Source of the DNA: Octopus bimaculoides
Taxonomy: Eukaryota
NCBI RefSeq assembly: GCF_001194135.2
Contig: NC_068983.1
Span: forward strand, 49,378,357 to 49,429,812
Length of the DNA stretch: 51,456 nt
Direction of reading: 5' to 3'
The notes under the pieces: model-generated
The model's database searches: none
What the model was told of the DNA's origin: nothing
The model's input: the letters and a program-made list of their open reading frames with translations, nothing else
Made by a program: the position numbers and the translations under genes
Shown: in pieces, positions 1-11,832 of the stretch
How the letters are laid out: each line of letters starts with the position of its first letter
Position numbering within the stretch: the first letter of the stretch is position 1

Positions 1-497
1 GAGTGAGTGAAAGAGTGAGTGAGTGAGTGATTGAATGAGTGAATGAATGACTGAGTGATTGAATGAGTGTATGAGTGAGTGAGTGAATAAGTGAGTGAGT
101 GAGTGAATGATTGAGTGAGTGAGTGAATGAGTGAGTGAATGAGTGAATGAGTGAGTGAAGAATAAGTGAGTGAATGAGTGAGCGAGTGAGCAAGTGAATG
201 AATGAGTGAGTGAATGAGTGAGTGAGTGAGTGAGTGAGTGAGTGAATGAGTGAATGAGTGAGTGAGTGAATGAATGAGTGAGTGAATGAGTGAGTGAGTG
301 TGTGATTGAGTGTGTGATTGAGTGGGTGAGTGAATAAGTGAGTGCATGAGTGAGTGAATGAATGAATGAGTGAGCGAGTGAGTGAGTGAGTGAGTGAGTG
401 AGTGAGTGAGTGAATGACTGAGTGAGTGAGTCAATGAGTGAATGAGTGAGTGAGTGAGTGAGTAAGTGAGTGAGCGAGCGAGCGAGTGAGTGGTTGA
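1..497. repeat. (GAGT)n/(GAAT)n tetranucleotide satellite, cut by window start
   Basis: Mixed GAGT/GAAT units seen directly. Confidence 0.95.
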
Positions 498-871
498 ATG
501 AGCCAAAACATCAGTAAATTAATACAAAAGTAAGTTAGTGCGCATAAGTTAGAAACAATTGAAGAAATGAGAAGGAATTTTAAACAGGAAGTATGTTTGT
601 CATTTGTGGGAAGTAAAATGTCTTGATCTTGTATATATTTTGTTTTACTTTGCGTTATTTTGCTTTTTTGTTCTGTCGATGTATACTATTATTATTTCTT
701 TTTTATGCTTCAAGTTCAATGTTACGTTATGGAATGTCAATTCTTTATCGTTTTCCTTTTTTTCTCTTTTTTTACTTTTTTTCATTTCCGTACATCTTTT
801 CGACCGCTAGCTGCCTGCCAAAATCTTATGTATAATGTAAATTCGTATGTACAATTCTTTCCCACTGACTC

Positions 872-872
<1 letters not shown>

Positions 873-902
<30 letters not shown>

Positions 903-1009
903 GCACACACGCACACACACATATGCATGTATGTATGTATTTATATATATACATATATATATATATTAATATATGCATATATATACATATGTACATATGT
1001 ATGCAGGTA

Positions 1010-1040
<31 letters not shown>

Positions 1041-1987
1041 TATATTTTATATATATATATATNNNNNNNNNNNNNNNNNNNNNNNNNNNNNNNNNNNNNN
1101 NNNNNNNNNNNNNNNNNNNNNNNNNNNNNNNNNNNNNNNNNNNNNNNNNNNNNNNNNNNNNNNNNNNNNNNNNNNNNNNNNNNNNNNNNNNNNNNNNNNN
1201 NNNNNNNNNNNNNNNNNNNNNNNNNNNNNNNNNNNNNNNNNNNNNNNNNNNNNNNNNNNNNNNNNNNNNNNNNNNNNNNNNNNNNNNNNNNNNNNNNNNN
1301 NNNNNNNNNNNNNNNNNNNNNNNNNNNNNNNNNNNNNNNNNNNNNNNNNNNNNNNNNNNNNNNNNNNNNNNNNNNNNNNNNNNNNNNNNNNNNNNNNNNN
1401 NNNNNNNNNNNNNNNNNNNNNNNNNNNNNNNNNNNNNNNNNNNNNNNNNNNNNNNNNNNNNNNNNNNNNNNNNNNNNNNNNNNNNNNNNNNNNNNNNNNN
1501 NNNNNNNNNNNNNNNNNNNNNNNNNNNNNNNNNNNNNNNNNNNNNNNNNNNNNNNNNNNNNNNNNNNNNNNNNNNNNNNNNNNNNNNNNNNNNNNNNNNN
1601 NNNNNNNNNNNNNNNNNNNNNNNNNNNNNNNNNNNNNNNNNNNNNNNNNNNNNNNNNNNNNNNNNNNNNNNNNNNNNNNNNNNNNNNNNNNNNNNNNNNN
1701 NNNNNNNNNNNNNNNNNNNNNNNNNNNNNNNNNNNNNNNNNNNNNNNNNNNNNNNNNNNNNNNNNNNNNNNNNNNNNNNNNNNNNNNNNNNNNNNNNNNN
1801 NNNNNNNNNNNNNNNNNNNNNNNNNNNNNNNNNNNNNNNNNNNNNNNNNNNNNNNNNNNNNNNNNNNNNNNNNNNNNNNNNNNNNNNNNNNNNNNNNNNN
1901 NNNNNNNNNNNNNNNNNNNNNNNNNNNNNNNNNNNNNNNNNNNNNNNNNNNNNNNNNNNNNNNNNNNNNNNNNNNNNNNNNNNNNNN

Positions 1988-2018
<31 letters not shown>

Positions 2019-2215
2019 TATACACACACGCACACACATATGTATATATACACATATATATATACATACATATATATACACACACATGCTACGGACACAT
2101 ATGCATGTAAATTTATATATATATGCATACACACCCATGCACACACACACACACATATATAAACATACGCACATACACATACGTACATACACAACAGACA
2201 GATAGAAACACACAT
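873..2215. repeat. Compound (CA)n/(TA)n microsatellite flanking assembly gap 1063-1988
   Basis: Seen directly. Confidence 0.95.
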
Positions 2216-2356
2216 ATACACATCTATGCCTTTCTATGAGCAGATGTATAATAATGTGTGAATATACATGTCAGCATATGTATGTTTCCATATATTATGA
2301 ACGACAGGGAAAGAGAGAAACGTCAACAAAATAAATAGAACTTGAGATAAAATGGA

Positions 2357-2445
2357 AGAGAGAGAGAGAGGGAGAGAGAGGGAGAGAGAGAGAGAGAGAG
2401 AGAGATAGAGAGAAAGAGAGGAAGGAAGGAAGGAAGGAAGGAAAA
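2357..2445. repeat. (GA)n/(GAAG)n purine tract
   Basis: Seen directly. Confidence 0.9.
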
Positions 2446-3099
2446 CGAAGGAAAAAATTTCACATATATATTAATCTTTCTTGTATTTTCAGTAGTCTGC
2501 CATTTACCATTTTTGTCCTGACTAGTCTTATTCTATCACCAATCAACACATTGTCATCCACCGCCACCAATTTCTACTCCGCCAAAACTGTGTTTATCAG
2601 TTTTATGTTCACCTTTTCTTTCAGCTTTATTTAATTTGAGCAATAGTCAGTTGGTGAATTGACTTTATATGAAGGTGAAGGATTAACAGCTTTTTTCCAT
2701 TTCACCTCGAGCTAGTTTTTCCCAAATTCTTTGGCTACAAACATATATTTCATTTTAGAGTCATCATCATTCTAGTAAAGCTAAATTGTCAAAACCTCCA
2801 AGAGGCTGCTAATTTCCAAATACTGATAACCCTTCAGCTTGCTTTGCAAAGAATGGCAAATTTTAGTAAACAATTTTAGTAAATTGTCGTTGTTATAGTC
2901 GTTATTTTAATTAATAATTTTATTATCTTTATTTTTTCTCTTCTTGGGTTATCCATGTCATATCTTGGCTCCTTCCCTCGGCTTAGAGACGCAGCATTTT
3001 CCTAAAAGCATGTGCTGTTTCAAGTACTGGTACCAACTGAATACTTACTATGGAGTTTCTCATTTCCAAGATTTTATGACAGAATATTGCTTTTAGTTT

Positions 3100-3434
3100 G
3101 AAGGCGCATGGCTCAGTGGTTAGAGCGTCGAGCTTTCGATCGTGAGATTGTGAGTTCGAATCCCGGACCAGGCTACGTGTTGTGTTCTTGAGCAAGACAC
3201 TTTATTTCACGTTGCTCCAGTTCACTCAGCTGTAGAAATGAGTTGCGACGTCACAGGCGCCAAGATGTATCGGCCCCTTTGCCTTTCCCTTGGATAACAC
3301 TGGTGGCGTGGAGAGGGGAGGCCGGTATGCATGGGCGACTGCTGGTCTTCCATAAACAACCTTGCCTGGACTTGTGCCTCGGAGGGTAACTTTCTGGGTG
3401 CAATCCCATGGTCAGTCAAGGCCGAAGAGAGTCT
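3100..3434 (+). mobile_element. tRNA-derived SINE (head type A, tail type X)
   Basis: A box TGGCTCAGTGG (3109-3119), B box GAGTTCGAATCC (3152-3163), then central TTCTTGAGCAAGACACTTTATTTCAC...CAGTTCACTCAGC block. Head shared with copies at 14.9 kb and 33.5 kb. Confidence 0.85.
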
Positions 3435-3635
3435 CACCTTTATTTTCAGTAATGAGGTGCGGTATCAGGCAACATGGTTGGATGACAGGGTAACGCCATT
3501 TGTAGAATAGGTAGGGTGGGAAGAAAAGAAGACAATGGAACATAAAATAAAATAGAATAAAAAATAAAACAGGATAAATACTGTTACCCTCTAGATACCT
3601 ATCTACTTATATACCCACATCTATTCTCTTTTTAC

Positions 3636-3830
3636 TGTTTTACTTGCTTCAGTCATTTGACTGCGGCCATGCTGGAGCACCGCCTTAGTCTAGCAAATCG
3701 ACCCCAGGGTTATTCTTTGTAAGCCTAGTACTTATTCTATCGGGCTCTTTTGCCGAACTGCTAGATAACGGGGATGTAAACATACCACCATCGGTCATCA
3801 AGCGATGTTGGAGGGACAAACACACACACA

Positions 3831-3876
<46 letters not shown>

Positions 3877-3911
3877 NNNNNNNNNNNNNNNNNNNNNNNN
3901 NNNNNNNNNNN

Positions 3912-3949
<38 letters not shown>

Positions 3950-4116
3950 GACGGGCTTCTTTCACTTTCCGTCTACCAAATCCACTCACAAGGCTTTGGT
4001 CGGCTCGAAGCTATAGTAGAAGACACTTGCCCAAGGTGCCACGCATTGGGAATGGACCCGGAACCATGTGGTTGGTAAGCAAGCTACTTACCACACAGCC
4101 ACTCCTGTGCCTATAT
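3636..4116 (-). mobile_element. tRNA/CORE-like SINE with internal (TA)n(TG)n microsatellite (family B)
   Basis: Minus strand reads GGAGTGGCTGTGTGGTAAG...GGCACCTTGGGCAAGTGTCTTCTACTATAGC (CORE-like), internal microsatellite and gap, 3' end GTGCTCCAGCATGGCCGCAGTCAAATGACTGAA. About 10 homologous copies in the window. Relation to published octopus OR-type SINEs is inference. Confidence 0.85.
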
Positions 4117-4201
4117 CCACAAATAATTTAAACAAGCTTAAATGTTTAAACTTTTATATCCGAGAAGCTTTAAAGCTTTAATATCCATTATGAACATTAT
4201 T

Positions 4202-4733
4202 TACTTCGTTTTGGGATTTGGTTTGCAAGATTCTTTATGTGAGTTCGTGTGTTGAAGCATATTTTGTTGTGTCTGGAGAGAGTCATTCTCTTTTATTGCC
4301 TTATAATTTAACACACTCACCGATGAAATTTCCACTCTTTCCCTTCTTTATTTTTCTGAAGTTTTCGTTGCGTCTTGCAACCTTTTCAATAGTTTTGACT
4401 CTGTCCGTTAATCACACTGTGTACCTTTATGTTTGTTTGTGCGCATGTGTATGGGTTAGTGTGTGTATGTGCATATGCATACATACATGCATACATACAT
4501 ACATGCATATGCACACACACGCACATACATACACACACTAAACCCCACGCATGCGCACGAACAAACAAAAAGGAACGCAGTGTGAATAACGGACAGAGTC
4601 AAAACTATTGAAAAGGTTGCAAGACGCAACGAAAATTTTAGAAGAATAAAGAAGGAAAATGTGGAAATTTTATCGGTGAATGTGTTAAATTATAAGGCAC
4701 TAAAAGAGAATGACTCTCCCCAGATACAACAGT
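4202..4733 (+). mobile_element. Asymmetric foldback element: ~60-bp unique end plus long inverted repeat 4265-4731 with central (CATA)n
   Basis: Arms TGTTGTGTCTGGAGAGAGTCATTCTC... and ...GAGAATGACTCTCCCCAGATACAACA. Homologues at 39565-39792 and 35726-35780. Confidence 0.75.
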
Positions 4734-4875
4734 ACATTATTTGCATTTGACGGGTATATGCCCTCATCTTGTTTGTTGCTAACATAACGTTTCGGCTGAT
4801 ACACCCTCCAGCATCCATCCGGTGTCTTGGGGAAATTTCGAACCTGGATTCTCATTCCTAAGGTATTTTTCGAGG

Positions 4876-4928
<53 letters not shown>

Positions 4929-4940
4929 CATTATCATTAC
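4733..4940 (-). mobile_element. Hammerhead-bearing element, 3' part with degenerate core and (AAT)n linker
   Basis: Minus strand GACAC-CGGATGG-ATGCTG-loop-CAGCC-GAAACGTT. Homologous to 10.7, 30.3, 38.8 and 41.5 kb loci. Confidence 0.8.
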
Positions 4941-4942
4941 TA

Positions 4943-5115
4943 TTAAGACGGTGAGCTAGCTAAATCGTTAGCCCGATGGATAAGAACGTTTGGCGGCATT
5001 ACGTCCGGCTTTACAGTCTAAATTTAAATTCCGCCGTCGTGGTCTCCTTTGCCTCACGTCCTTTCGCGGTCGCTAAAATATGTAGCAGTGGAGCGCTGAG
5101 GTCGATGCAATTCAC
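4943..5115 (+). mobile_element. Degenerate tRNA/Nin-domain SINE (family D)
   Basis: GACGGTGAGCTAGCTAAATCGTTAGC head and TTTGCCTCACGTCCTTTCGCGGTCGCTAAAAT, aligning by eye to the 21107 copy. Confidence 0.65.
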
Positions 5116-5153
5116 TACATCAAATTTTAAGCAGTGGGCCTTAAGTAGAAAGG

Positions 5154-5155
<2 letters not shown>

Positions 5156-5188
<33 letters not shown>

Positions 5189-5195
5189 TTTCATC

Positions 5196-5227
<32 letters not shown>

Positions 5228-5254
5228 CATTTTCATCATCATCAACATCATCGT

Positions 5255-5287
<33 letters not shown>

Positions 5288-5325
5288 CGTCATCATCACG
5301 ATTATCATTACTGCCACAAGTATTA
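5156..5325. repeat. (CAT)n/(CGT)n trinucleotide microsatellite
   Basis: Seen directly. Source of the poly-His and poly-Asp ORFs. Confidence 0.95.
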
Positions 5326-5752
5326 TTATTAATCATGTTAATAATGTTAATATGTTAATAAATTAATTTAGCAACGAAAACTTGGGAGATTTATAGAATT
5401 TTTCTGAGTTTGAGGCAATTGATTTATGTTAAATGTCTCAAAGGCTCTTGTTTAATTATTTNNNNNNNNNNNNNNNNNNNNNNNNNNNNNNNNNNNNNNN
5501 NNNNNNNNNNNNNNNNNNNNNNNNNNNNNNNNNNNNNNNNNNNNNNNNNNNNNNNNNNNNNNNNNNNNNNNNNNNNNNNNNNNNNNNNNNNNNNNNNNNN
5601 NNNNNNNNNNNNNNNNNNNNNNNNNNNNNNNNNNNNNNNNNNNNNNNNNNNNNNNNNNNNNNNNNNNNNNNNNNNNNNNNNNNNNNNNNNNNNNNNNNNN
5701 NNNNNNNNNNNNNNNNNNNNNNNNNNNNNNNNNNNNNNNNNNNNNNNNNNNN

Positions 5753-5788
<36 letters not shown>

Positions 5789-5828
5789 ACGATACTTACA
5801 CACGGGTCTTATATGGGTGCATGTGTGT

Positions 5829-6207
5829 GTTGGCACTCCATCGCTTACGACGTCGAGGGTTCCAGTTGATCCGATCAACGGAATAGCCTGCTCGTGAAGT
5901 TGACGTGCAAGTGGCTGAGCACTCCACAGAGACGTGTACCATTAACGTAGTTCTCGAGGATATTCAGTGTGACACAGTGTGACAAGGCTGACCCTTTGAA
6001 ATACAAGTACAACAGAAACAGGAAGTAAGAGTGAGAGAAAGTTGTGGTGAAAGAGCACAGCAGAGTTCGCTACCATCCCCTGTCGGAGCCTCGTGGAGCT
6101 TTTAGGTGTTTTCACTAAATAAACTCTCACAACGCCCGGTCTGGGAATAGAAACCCCAATCCTATGACCGCGAGTCCGCTGCCCTAACCACTGGGCCATT
6201 ACGCCTC
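5829..6207 (-). mobile_element. tRNA-derived SINE (head type B, tail type Y)
   Basis: Close reverse-complement paralogue of 18828-19215. A box TGGCCCAGTGG; tail GATCGGATCAACTGGAACCCTCGACGTCGTAAGCGA. Confidence 0.9.
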
Positions 6208-6839
6208 CTATATGTGTGCATACATGTGGGTTTTATTAAGATTATTTGCTTATTACATTTTCTTTCTTTGTCTTTTAATTCATGCTTCTCTACTCTGAAC
6301 GAAGACTGAATCCCAACCGAAGGATATTTCCCACCCCACTGTCAATTCATTGTACATTTTCTGNNNNNNNNNNNNNNNNNNNNNNNNNNNNNNNNNNNNN
6401 NNNNNNNNNNNNNNNNNNNNNNNNNNNNNNNNNNNNNNNNNNNNNNNNNNNNNNNNNNNNNNNNNNNNNNNNNNNNNNNNNNNNNNNNNNNNNNNNNNNN
6501 NNNNNNNNNNNNNNNNNNNNNNNNNNNNNNNNNNNNNNNNNNNNNNNNNNNNNNNNNNNNNNNNNNNNNNNNNNNNNNNNNNNNNNNNNNNNNNNNNNNN
6601 NNNNNNNNNNNNNNNNNNNNNNNNNNNNNNNNNNNNNNNNNNNNNNNNNNNNNNNNNNNNNNNNNNNNNNNNNNNNNNNNNNNNNNNNNNNNNNNNNNNN
6701 NNNNNNNNNNNNNNNNNNNNNNNNNNTATATATATATATATATATATATGGGTCATTCCATCAGAGTGAACCGTTAACCCACTTTTTCTATCCTTCCCTT
6801 GTTTTCTTTTTTTAGTTTCTTTTCATTTTTTCCTCTCTA

Positions 6840-6880
6840 TCATTTCTGTCGAAGAACCTAGGCTCGAAACGTCAAAGGCT
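6840..6880 (+). other. Degenerate hammerhead-like motif of a second family
   Basis: TTT-CTGTCGA-A-GAAC ctag GCTC-GAAACGTC-AAA. Core position 6 deviates (T for A) and stem II has one mismatch. Confidence 0.35.
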
Positions 6881-8139
6881 TTTCCATTCTTCCAGTGCGT
6901 CAAGCTAATACAACTGCTCAAATCTACAAAAAACCAAAGACGGAGACAGGTAAGGAAACGACAAGCAGTTGTATTAGTCTGACTCCCATGAAGAATGGAA
7001 TATATATATATATATATATACGTACAGAGAGAGAGACAGAATGTGAGAGAGAAAGAAGGGGAGACATAGATTGATGAAGTAGAATACCTAGAATTTAATT
7101 CGATCCCAAATTCACAGTGCAAAAGTGTCTCCGGTTTTTGAAACCGATGATGCCAACAGTCCTTATGTAGTCATTCCATTGCCCTCAAGCAATGATTCCA
7201 CTTACGCCTTTATCATCACAATACTCTTCGTTCTTTTTCTCTATATTTTTCCTTCTGGTCAGATATATCCCAAGCTTAGAAAAACGCTCCAACCTATGAA
7301 ATTACCATGAAAATTAACCAATCAGTCTCTGCTAACACCTACCCTTACTCTCATCGCACACCCAACGCCGTACCGTTCACAGTACGCATCTCCAGTAAAA
7401 CCTCGATCTGAGCGCTTCTGCATATCTACTTCCCATTGTTCCCAAAGTTTGCACACTGAATTTATGCTTGTCAGCCGTCTAATTCACCAACATCGTAAGT
7501 GAAACAGAGTTCAGATCAGATCAGACAAACCTACTTCGTTTCCATTGTTATTGACATTGTTCTAATATTAGGAGAGTTGCAGATATGAGCGACCTGGAGA
7601 AGAGAATTTTCTTTGCTAAGAAATATTCAGTAATATTCAGCAATATTCAGTAATATTTTGCTTGGCAATATTCAGTAACATCTCTCTTAATATCTCTTTT
7701 TCGGCAATTGCCAGAGAAGTCATTTCTATCACATCCTCTCTTTCAGGCGAAATGGCAACACTTTTTCTGACAGTAACTTTCAGAGGGTTAACTCCTCTCT
7801 ATGCTTTTCTCCAGAATTGAAACATTACTAGCTCATCATCAATGGCAAATCTTGTGCAAGGCTTTTTACTGTCTATCTCCTTCTACATCAAGTTTGTAGT
7901 ATGCTTCTCCAACATCACTAACAACATCCAGGGGTTTTTCTATTAGCAGACTAATATTTGAGGACTGCTTCCAACACGTTGCACTTGTGATAAACCTTGT
8001 AACGGTTCAATAGGTTATAAGTAGAAATCATCAGGAAATCTATTTCAAACATCTTGAAATTATCAACTATGAAACTCGTGGCCTATCTTCAAACCAAGCT
8101 TCTACCAAACATATCAATTACCAAGTACGTCGAAAAAAT

Positions 8140-8155
8140 CTGACACACGGACACG

Positions 8156-8232
<77 letters not shown>

Positions 8233-8370
8233 TTATATATACAAACAAAAACACAGACATTTACACACGCAAGCATATTTGTATGTGTGTATTCATGAAT
8301 GCATAAGCTTGAATGTATGCATGTACACACACACATACATAGATAGAAAGATAAATAGATAGATAGATAG

Positions 8371-8401
<31 letters not shown>

Positions 8402-8460
8402 CATACATAAAATACATACATACGTACATAATACATACATACATACATACATACATACAT
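8140..8460. repeat. Compound (CA)n, (GATA)n, (CATA)n microsatellite
   Basis: Seen directly. Confidence 0.95.
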
Positions 8461-8708
8461 GGGTAAAACTTGTGGTTATCTCCTTAGAAGAAGACGGTTC
8501 GGTTACTTCAAATGGAGATTTAAAAATGCTTGGTTTGAATATTTTTATTAAAAAACCTGAGGCACACGTATATCATATACATATTGATGTACATATATGT
8601 GTGTATATATACATTTATGTGTCCATACGCGTCTGCATATATATATATATATACACGCACCTAATCATATATCTATCTATGAATATGTATCATATATCTA
8701 TATCTGTG

Positions 8709-8742
<34 letters not shown>

Positions 8743-10279
8743 TGTATATATNNNNNNNNNNNNNNNNNNNNNNNNNNNNNNNNNNNNNNNNNNNNNNNNN
8801 NNNNNNNNNNNNNNNNNNNNNNNNNNNNNNNNNNNNNNNNNNNNNNNNNNNNNNNNNNNNNNNNNNNNNNNNNNNNNNNNNNNNNNNNNNNNNNNNNNNN
8901 NNNNNNNNNNNNNNNNNNNNNNNNNNNNNNNNNNNNNNNNNNNNNNNNNNNNNNNNNNNNNNNNNNNNNNNNNNNNNNNNNNNNNNNNNNNNNNNNNNNN
9001 NNNNNNNNNNNNNNNNNNNNNNNNNNNNNNNNNNNNNNNNNNNNNNNNNNNNNNNNNNNNNNNNNNNNNNNNNNNNNNNNNNNNNNNNNNNNNNNNNNNN
9101 NNNNNNNNNNNNNNNNNNNNNNNNNNNNNNNNNNNNNNNNNNNNNNNNNNNNNNNNNNNNNNNNNNNNNNNNNNNNNNNNNNNNNNNNNNNNNNNNNNNN
9201 NNNNNNNNNNNNNNNNNNNNNNNNNNNNNNNNNNNNNNNNNNNNNNNNNNNNNNNNNNNNNNNNNNNNNNNNNNNNNNNNNNNNNNNNNNNNNNNNNNNN
9301 NNNNNNNNNNNNNNNNNNNNNNNNNNNNNNNNNNNNNNNNNNNNNNNNNNNNNNNNNNNNNNNNNNNNNNNNNNNNNNNNNNNNNNNNNNNNNNNNNNNN
9401 NNNNNNNNNNNNNNNNNNNNNNNNNNNNNNNNNNNNNNNNNNNNNNNNNNNNNNNNNNNNNNNNNNNNNNNNNNNNNNNNNNNNNNNNNNNNNNNNNNNN
9501 NNNNNNNNNNNNNNNNNNNNNNNNNNNNNNNNNNNNNNNNNNNNNNNNNNNNNNNNNNNNNNNNNNNNNNNNNNNNNNNNNNNNNNNNNNNNTATATATA
9601 TATCTGCGTGAGTGTACCCATGCATATCTATATGTTCAGGTATGTATATACATACATACAAGCATGCATACATACATACATACATACATACATACATACA
9701 TACATACACACACATACACACACAAACACACACACACACACACACACACGCACATATATATGATGCAAATGCGAATAGGTGAATAGCAATATTATCCTCG
9801 AAAACTAGCTATGAAATATTGGCGACTACTTTTCTACATTTCGACGGAAAATTGATTCTGCTTTGCCGATGTTTGAAGTGTTTATAAGGAGAAAAAAAAT
9901 GATGCTTTGCAAAGATTATTGATTATGTCCATAGGGGTGATTGCTTTATACTTACCTGACATTGAATATTGAATATTTACACAGTTGGTCCCACACGTAT
10001 AACGCCAAAAATGTACATGATGAGACAGTTCCATAACAGACACAAGAAACCATTATGCATCGCAGAATTTGAATATGTAAAAAAAAAAAAGCATTATTCA
10101 GTCACCTTAGCAACTGTAATGTCACACTGTTGAATAACGTAGAATAATGTACTACTTGAATATATCATATTATATTCAAAATTTTTATTCTAGCATATGA
10201 AGTACATTTGCACAATCATATCTCCGTTTCTCACATTTTACCCACCGTTACACGCGGGCATACAGACATACTCATATGC

Positions 10280-10327
<48 letters not shown>

Positions 10328-10364
10328 GCAGGTAAGTAGGTAGGTAGGTAGGTATGTAGGTAGG

Positions 10365-10422
<58 letters not shown>
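10280..10422. repeat. (GATA)n/(GGTA)n microsatellite
   Basis: Seen directly. Confidence 0.95.
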
Positions 10423-10429
10423 TACCTCC

Positions 10430-10658
10430 CGGTTTATGTATGTGTATGCATATGTTTGTGTGTCTGTCTTTGTCCCCCAACATTGCTTGACAACCGATGC
10501 TGGATGTGTTTACGTCCCCGTAACCTAGCGATTCGGCAAAAGAGACTGATAGAATAAATACTAGGCTTACAAAGAATAAGTCCTGGGGTTGATATCTTCG
10601 ACTAAAGGTGGTGCTCCAGCATGGCCGCAGTCAAATGACTGAAACAAGTGAAAGAGTA
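10430..10658 (+). mobile_element. Family B SINE, 3' half
   Basis: Matches the 3' half of 48225-48600 and 43372-43775. Confidence 0.85.
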
Positions 10659-10659
10659 T

Positions 10660-10885
10660 TATTTACTTTATTTACATTTGACGGATATTTGTTCTCATCT
10701 TGTTTGTTGTTAACACAACATTTCGGCTGATATACCCTCGAGCCTTCATCAGGAATGAAAACCCAGGTTCAAAATTTCTCCAAGACACCTGATGAAGGCT
10801 GGAGGGTATATCAGCCGAAATGTTGTGTTAACAACAAACAAGATGAGGACAAATATCCGTCAAATGTAAATAATGTAAATAATAA
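10660..10885. mobile_element. Hammerhead-bearing element as inverted pair: minus arm 10660-10753, plus arm 10751-10885
   Basis: About 90 bp of near-perfect inverted repeat. Junction has AGG microhomology at 10751-10753. Confidence 0.85.
10784..10829 (+). ncRNA. Minimal type I hammerhead ribozyme motif (predicted)
   Basis: Stem I GACAC(10784-88)/GTGTT(10825-29); core CTGATGA(10789-95) plus extra A; stem II GGCTG/CAGCC; GAAA(10817-20); short stem III (TGT here, CGT in other copies); H17=U. Activity untested. Confidence 0.65.
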
Positions 10886-11060
10886 ACAAAAATCAGTTTT
10901 CTCCTCTCCCTATCAATTAATTTTCTCAAGAGTCGTTAACTATTTCCGATCAGTTTTTGTTTCTTTCTTCAAAATCAAGGAGAGACTTCCCTTGCCACAT
11001 TTAATACCATATGAAATTCACTTGATTTTGTTTTTCTAAAAGAAAAAGATTCCTCAAAAT

Positions 11061-11225
11061 AGGTGCAGGCATGGTTTTATAGTAAAGAAGCTCGCTTTGT
11101 GATCCTGTGGTTTCAAGTTCAGTCTTACTGCAGAGCACCTCGAGCAAGTGTCTTTTATTATTGTCCCGAGCCGATCAATGCCTTGTAAGTGAATTTCATT
11201 GACTGCAACTGTGTGGAACCCCATC

Positions 11226-11257
<32 letters not shown>

Positions 11258-11465
11258 CTCTGTGTGTGTGATTCTGTGTCTATGTCTGCTCACACCACTA
11301 CTACCACTTGACAAGCGGTGCTGGTTTGTTTATGTTCCAAAACTTGGAACGATAGAATATGTACCAGATTTAAAAAGAGAATAAGTTGCTGGGGCAACTT
11401 GTTCGACTAAAACACATCGAGAATGTGCCGAAATCCAGGGATTGAAACAAATAAAAGAAGATAAA
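11061..11465 (+). mobile_element. Degenerate family B SINE
   Basis: Head, GAGCACCTCGAGCAAGTGTCTT CORE-like block, internal (TG)n, matching 3' half. Confidence 0.75.
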
Positions 11466-11759
11466 TGAAGAAAAGATCACCTTCGGTCGAATATGAATAC
11501 ACTGAGCCTATATTACATTCTTTAGGGGTATATTACATTCAGAAGGGATAAAAACGCACTAAAGGCGTTTTTACCCCCTCTGAATATGCGTTGCTGAAAC
11601 TGGGTTTCATCTAATATACACGCACATCTTTTATGCCATCAAATACAGTAATTTAGTTTGATGTTTTTTTTTTTTTACTGGACATTATTCTGTATATTGC
11701 CTATTAATTTATTTGTCTAAATTGATACTTTTTCAATTAGTTCATTATATTTTACAAAG

Positions 11760-11832
11760 GAAAGAAACACTATCACAAGGTACCATGGATGGCTTCCGCT
11801 TGGCGCTCCCTTCCGCTATTGACGGAGACTGG
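11760..11832 (+). CDS. Candidate exon 1 of unidentified spliced gene (KKHYHKVPWMASAWRSLPLLTETG)
   Basis: Acceptor ttatattttacaaag, locally GC-rich, open phase 1 to phase 2, weak donor GG|gtggaa. Ab initio only. Confidence 0.3.

Noticed and set aside
1-497. Telomere or CRISPR-like array
   Set aside because: Units are GAGT/GAAT, not TTAGGG. No repeat-spacer structure anywhere in the window, and the DNA is eukaryotic.
660-2221. Long 379-500-aa ORFs here and at 8.5-9.8, 29, 31 and 48.5 kb
   Set aside because: They run through N-gaps and dinucleotide repeats; not coding.
4976-5336. Poly-His/Arg and poly-Asp ORFs
   Set aside because: Translation of a (CAT)n/(CGT)n microsatellite next to a SINE.
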